The notes under the pieces were generated by a model. It had not been told where the DNA came from, ran no database searches, and saw nothing but the letters and a program-made list of their open reading frames with translations. Shown here piece by piece: positions 62,510 to 63,884 of a DNA stretch of 63,884 bases; position 1 is the stretch's first letter; the number at the start of each line of letters is the position of its first letter. A program made the position numbers and the translations under genes. Source of the DNA: Spirogloea muscicola (Eukaryota); contig WELB01000002.1 of the NCBI GenBank assembly GCA_009602725.1, positions 948,218 through 1,012,101 of the forward strand. Reading direction: 5' to 3'.

Positions 62510-63884
62510 TCAGTCAAAAACCCTCTCGCCTGTTGCAAACAGGCAGAAGATGAGGGCTGTAAATATACACAGGCCGGCGGGCGTGCCAAAGACCAGCTTC
62601 CACGCCTCAGCGTCAGCGCCGCCGTCGGGGGAGCCCTCAAGGATGAGACCTGTGGCAGCGACGCCCACAACACCAGCAATGGTACCGGCGGTGTTGGACA
62701 CGCCCATGACGATGCCGGCATAGCGGGGGGCAATGTCCATGTGGTTGACGGCAAAGCCTGCGCGGGCGAGCGCGCAGGCGCCGAGCGCCACCGAGGAGCA
62801 GAAGACGGTCCCAGGGACGGAGTTGAGGGAGGGCATCATGAGCAGGGCAGCAGCAGCAGCCAGAAAGCCGATGGTGTTGAGCAGCTTGCGGGTGTACGTG
62901 ACAGAGAAGATGCGGCGCGTGATGAGGTGGTCGGCGATGACGCCGCCGACGTTGGAGAAGATGAACATGACGAAGTAGGGCAGCATCTTGGAGAGGCCCA
63001 TGACGGCGAGGTCGGCCTTGAGCCCCTGCTCGAAGTAGGTGGGGAGCCAGTTCATGAGCACGTAGAGCGCGTAGTGGAAGGTGAAGTTGTTGACCACGAT
63101 GGCCCACACGGCGCGCGAGGCCATGATGCGCGCCCAGGGGATCTTGTTGGCGGGCGGGCGACGCACGCGGATGGGGCTAGTGTTGCCAGCTGCGCCACCG
63201 CCCATCCCGCCATGCTCCGCGTCGTGCCCGCCGTTCTCGGTCTTGTCGGCGGCGCTGCCCAGCAGCACGGCGGCGGGGAAGCCGGTGGCGCCGCCGGGCG
63301 GGTCGGTGGCGAGCTGCGCCCAGAGCACGGCCCAGGCGGCGCCGAGCCCGGCGACGAGCAGGAAGACGGAGCCGGGCCCGTGGCGGGCGACGATGTCGGG
63401 CAGCGCGGCCATGGCGGCGGCGGCGCCGAAGTACATGCCGGACGTGGTGAGGCTGACGGCGCGGGAGCGCTCGTGGGGCGGGATCCACTGCGCCAGCACA
63501 GTGTGGATGGACGGGAAGATGAAGCCCTGGGCGGCGCCCACGAGCAGGCGCGCGGCGACGACGGCGGGCAGCGGGCCGGCGGCGGCGGGCGTGGCGGCGC
63601 AGGTGGCAGCCCAGAGGACGAAGGAGGCGAGCAGCACGCGGCGGCCGCCGAGCTTCTGGGCGGCCCAGCCGCCGGGTACCTGGCTGCTGGCGTAGCCGTA
63701 GTAGAAGGCGCTGAGCACCCAGCCCTTGGTGGCCTGCCCCACGCCCTCGCGGCTGGCCGCCGCCGTGAACGCCAGGCTGAACCCCACGCGCTCCACGTAG
63801 CACACGCTGGTGCACAGGAACGTCAGCGCCACCGTCACGTAGCGCTGCGGCACGCCCCGCACCGTGCTCGGCACCGCCGCCGCA
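62510..63884 (-). CDS. PHT4;6: SLC17/ACS-family anion/phosphate transporter (PHT4;6/ANTR5-like); start lies beyond the window
   Basis: Uninterrupted ORF of more than 454 aa: FLCTSVCYVERVGFS, SAFYYGYASSQVPGGW, IVVNNFTFHYALYVLMNWLPTYF, AGFAVNHMDIAPRYAGIVMGVSNTAGT, FATGERVFD*. Confidence 0.93.
   Translation of the reverse strand, partial: AAAVPSTVRGVPQRYVTVALTFLCTSVCYVERVGFSLAFTAAASREGVGQATKGWVLSAFYYGYASSQVPGGWAAQKLGGRRVLLASFVLWAATCAATPAAAGPLPAVVAARLLVGAAQGFIFPSIHTVLAQWIPPHERSRAVSLTTSGMYFGAAAAMAALPDIVARHGPGSVFLLVAGLGAAWAVLWAQLATDPPGGATGFPAAVLLGSAADKTENGGHDAEHGGMGGGAAGNTSPIRVRRPPANKIPWARIMASRAVWAIVVNNFTFHYALYVLMNWLPTYFEQGLKADLAVMGLSKMLPYFVMFIFSNVGGVIADHLITRRIFSVTYTRKLLNTIGFLAAAAALLMMPSLNSVPGTVFCSSVALGACALARAGFAVNHMDIAPRYAGIVMGVSNTAGTIAGVVGVAATGLILEGSPDGGADAEAWKLVFGTPAGLCIFTALIFCLFATGERVFD

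Noticed and set aside
62510..63884. Intronless transporter among intron-rich genes as a retrogene or HGT
   Set aside because: It is typical of plant PHT4;6, which I recall also lacks coding introns, and no poly-A or TSD is seen.

Overview
Gene-dense eukaryotic nuclear DNA from a green-lineage organism. pBRP1, CURT1, DUF1664 and an At2g30600-type BTB protein, short GT-AG introns and (GCC)n-rich gene 5' ends point to a streptophyte alga, possibly Zygnematophyceae; that assignment is inference. I can support 16 protein genes, most in divergent or convergent pairs: DUF1664, SmD2, HRD1, kinesin-5, a cytochrome b561-domain protein, SRP receptor alpha, an intron-containing bacterial-type D-allulose/D-tagatose 3-epimerase, pBRP1, CURT1, a DUF2993-like plastid protein, a SWIM-RING protein, ATE1, PSME3IP1/FAM192A, a BTB protein, a small conserved plant protein and a PHT4;6-like transporter. 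The main accessory system is a set of at least 7 subfamilies of CRE-like (restriction-like endonuclease) non-LTR retrotransposons, present only as severely 5'-truncated 3' ends. Most subfamilies share a 3' double hairpin with a TTC/TC tail. Copies nest inside one another with target-site duplications and lie upstream of genes or in a first intron, not in convergent intergenic regions or internal introns. Other notable items are the probable bacterial-origin epimerase and an ArgRS N-terminal-like insert in ATE1. Four N gaps, at GC-rich gene 5' ends, hide the start codons of four genes. Exon boundaries were read by eye and homologies are recalled, not searched.
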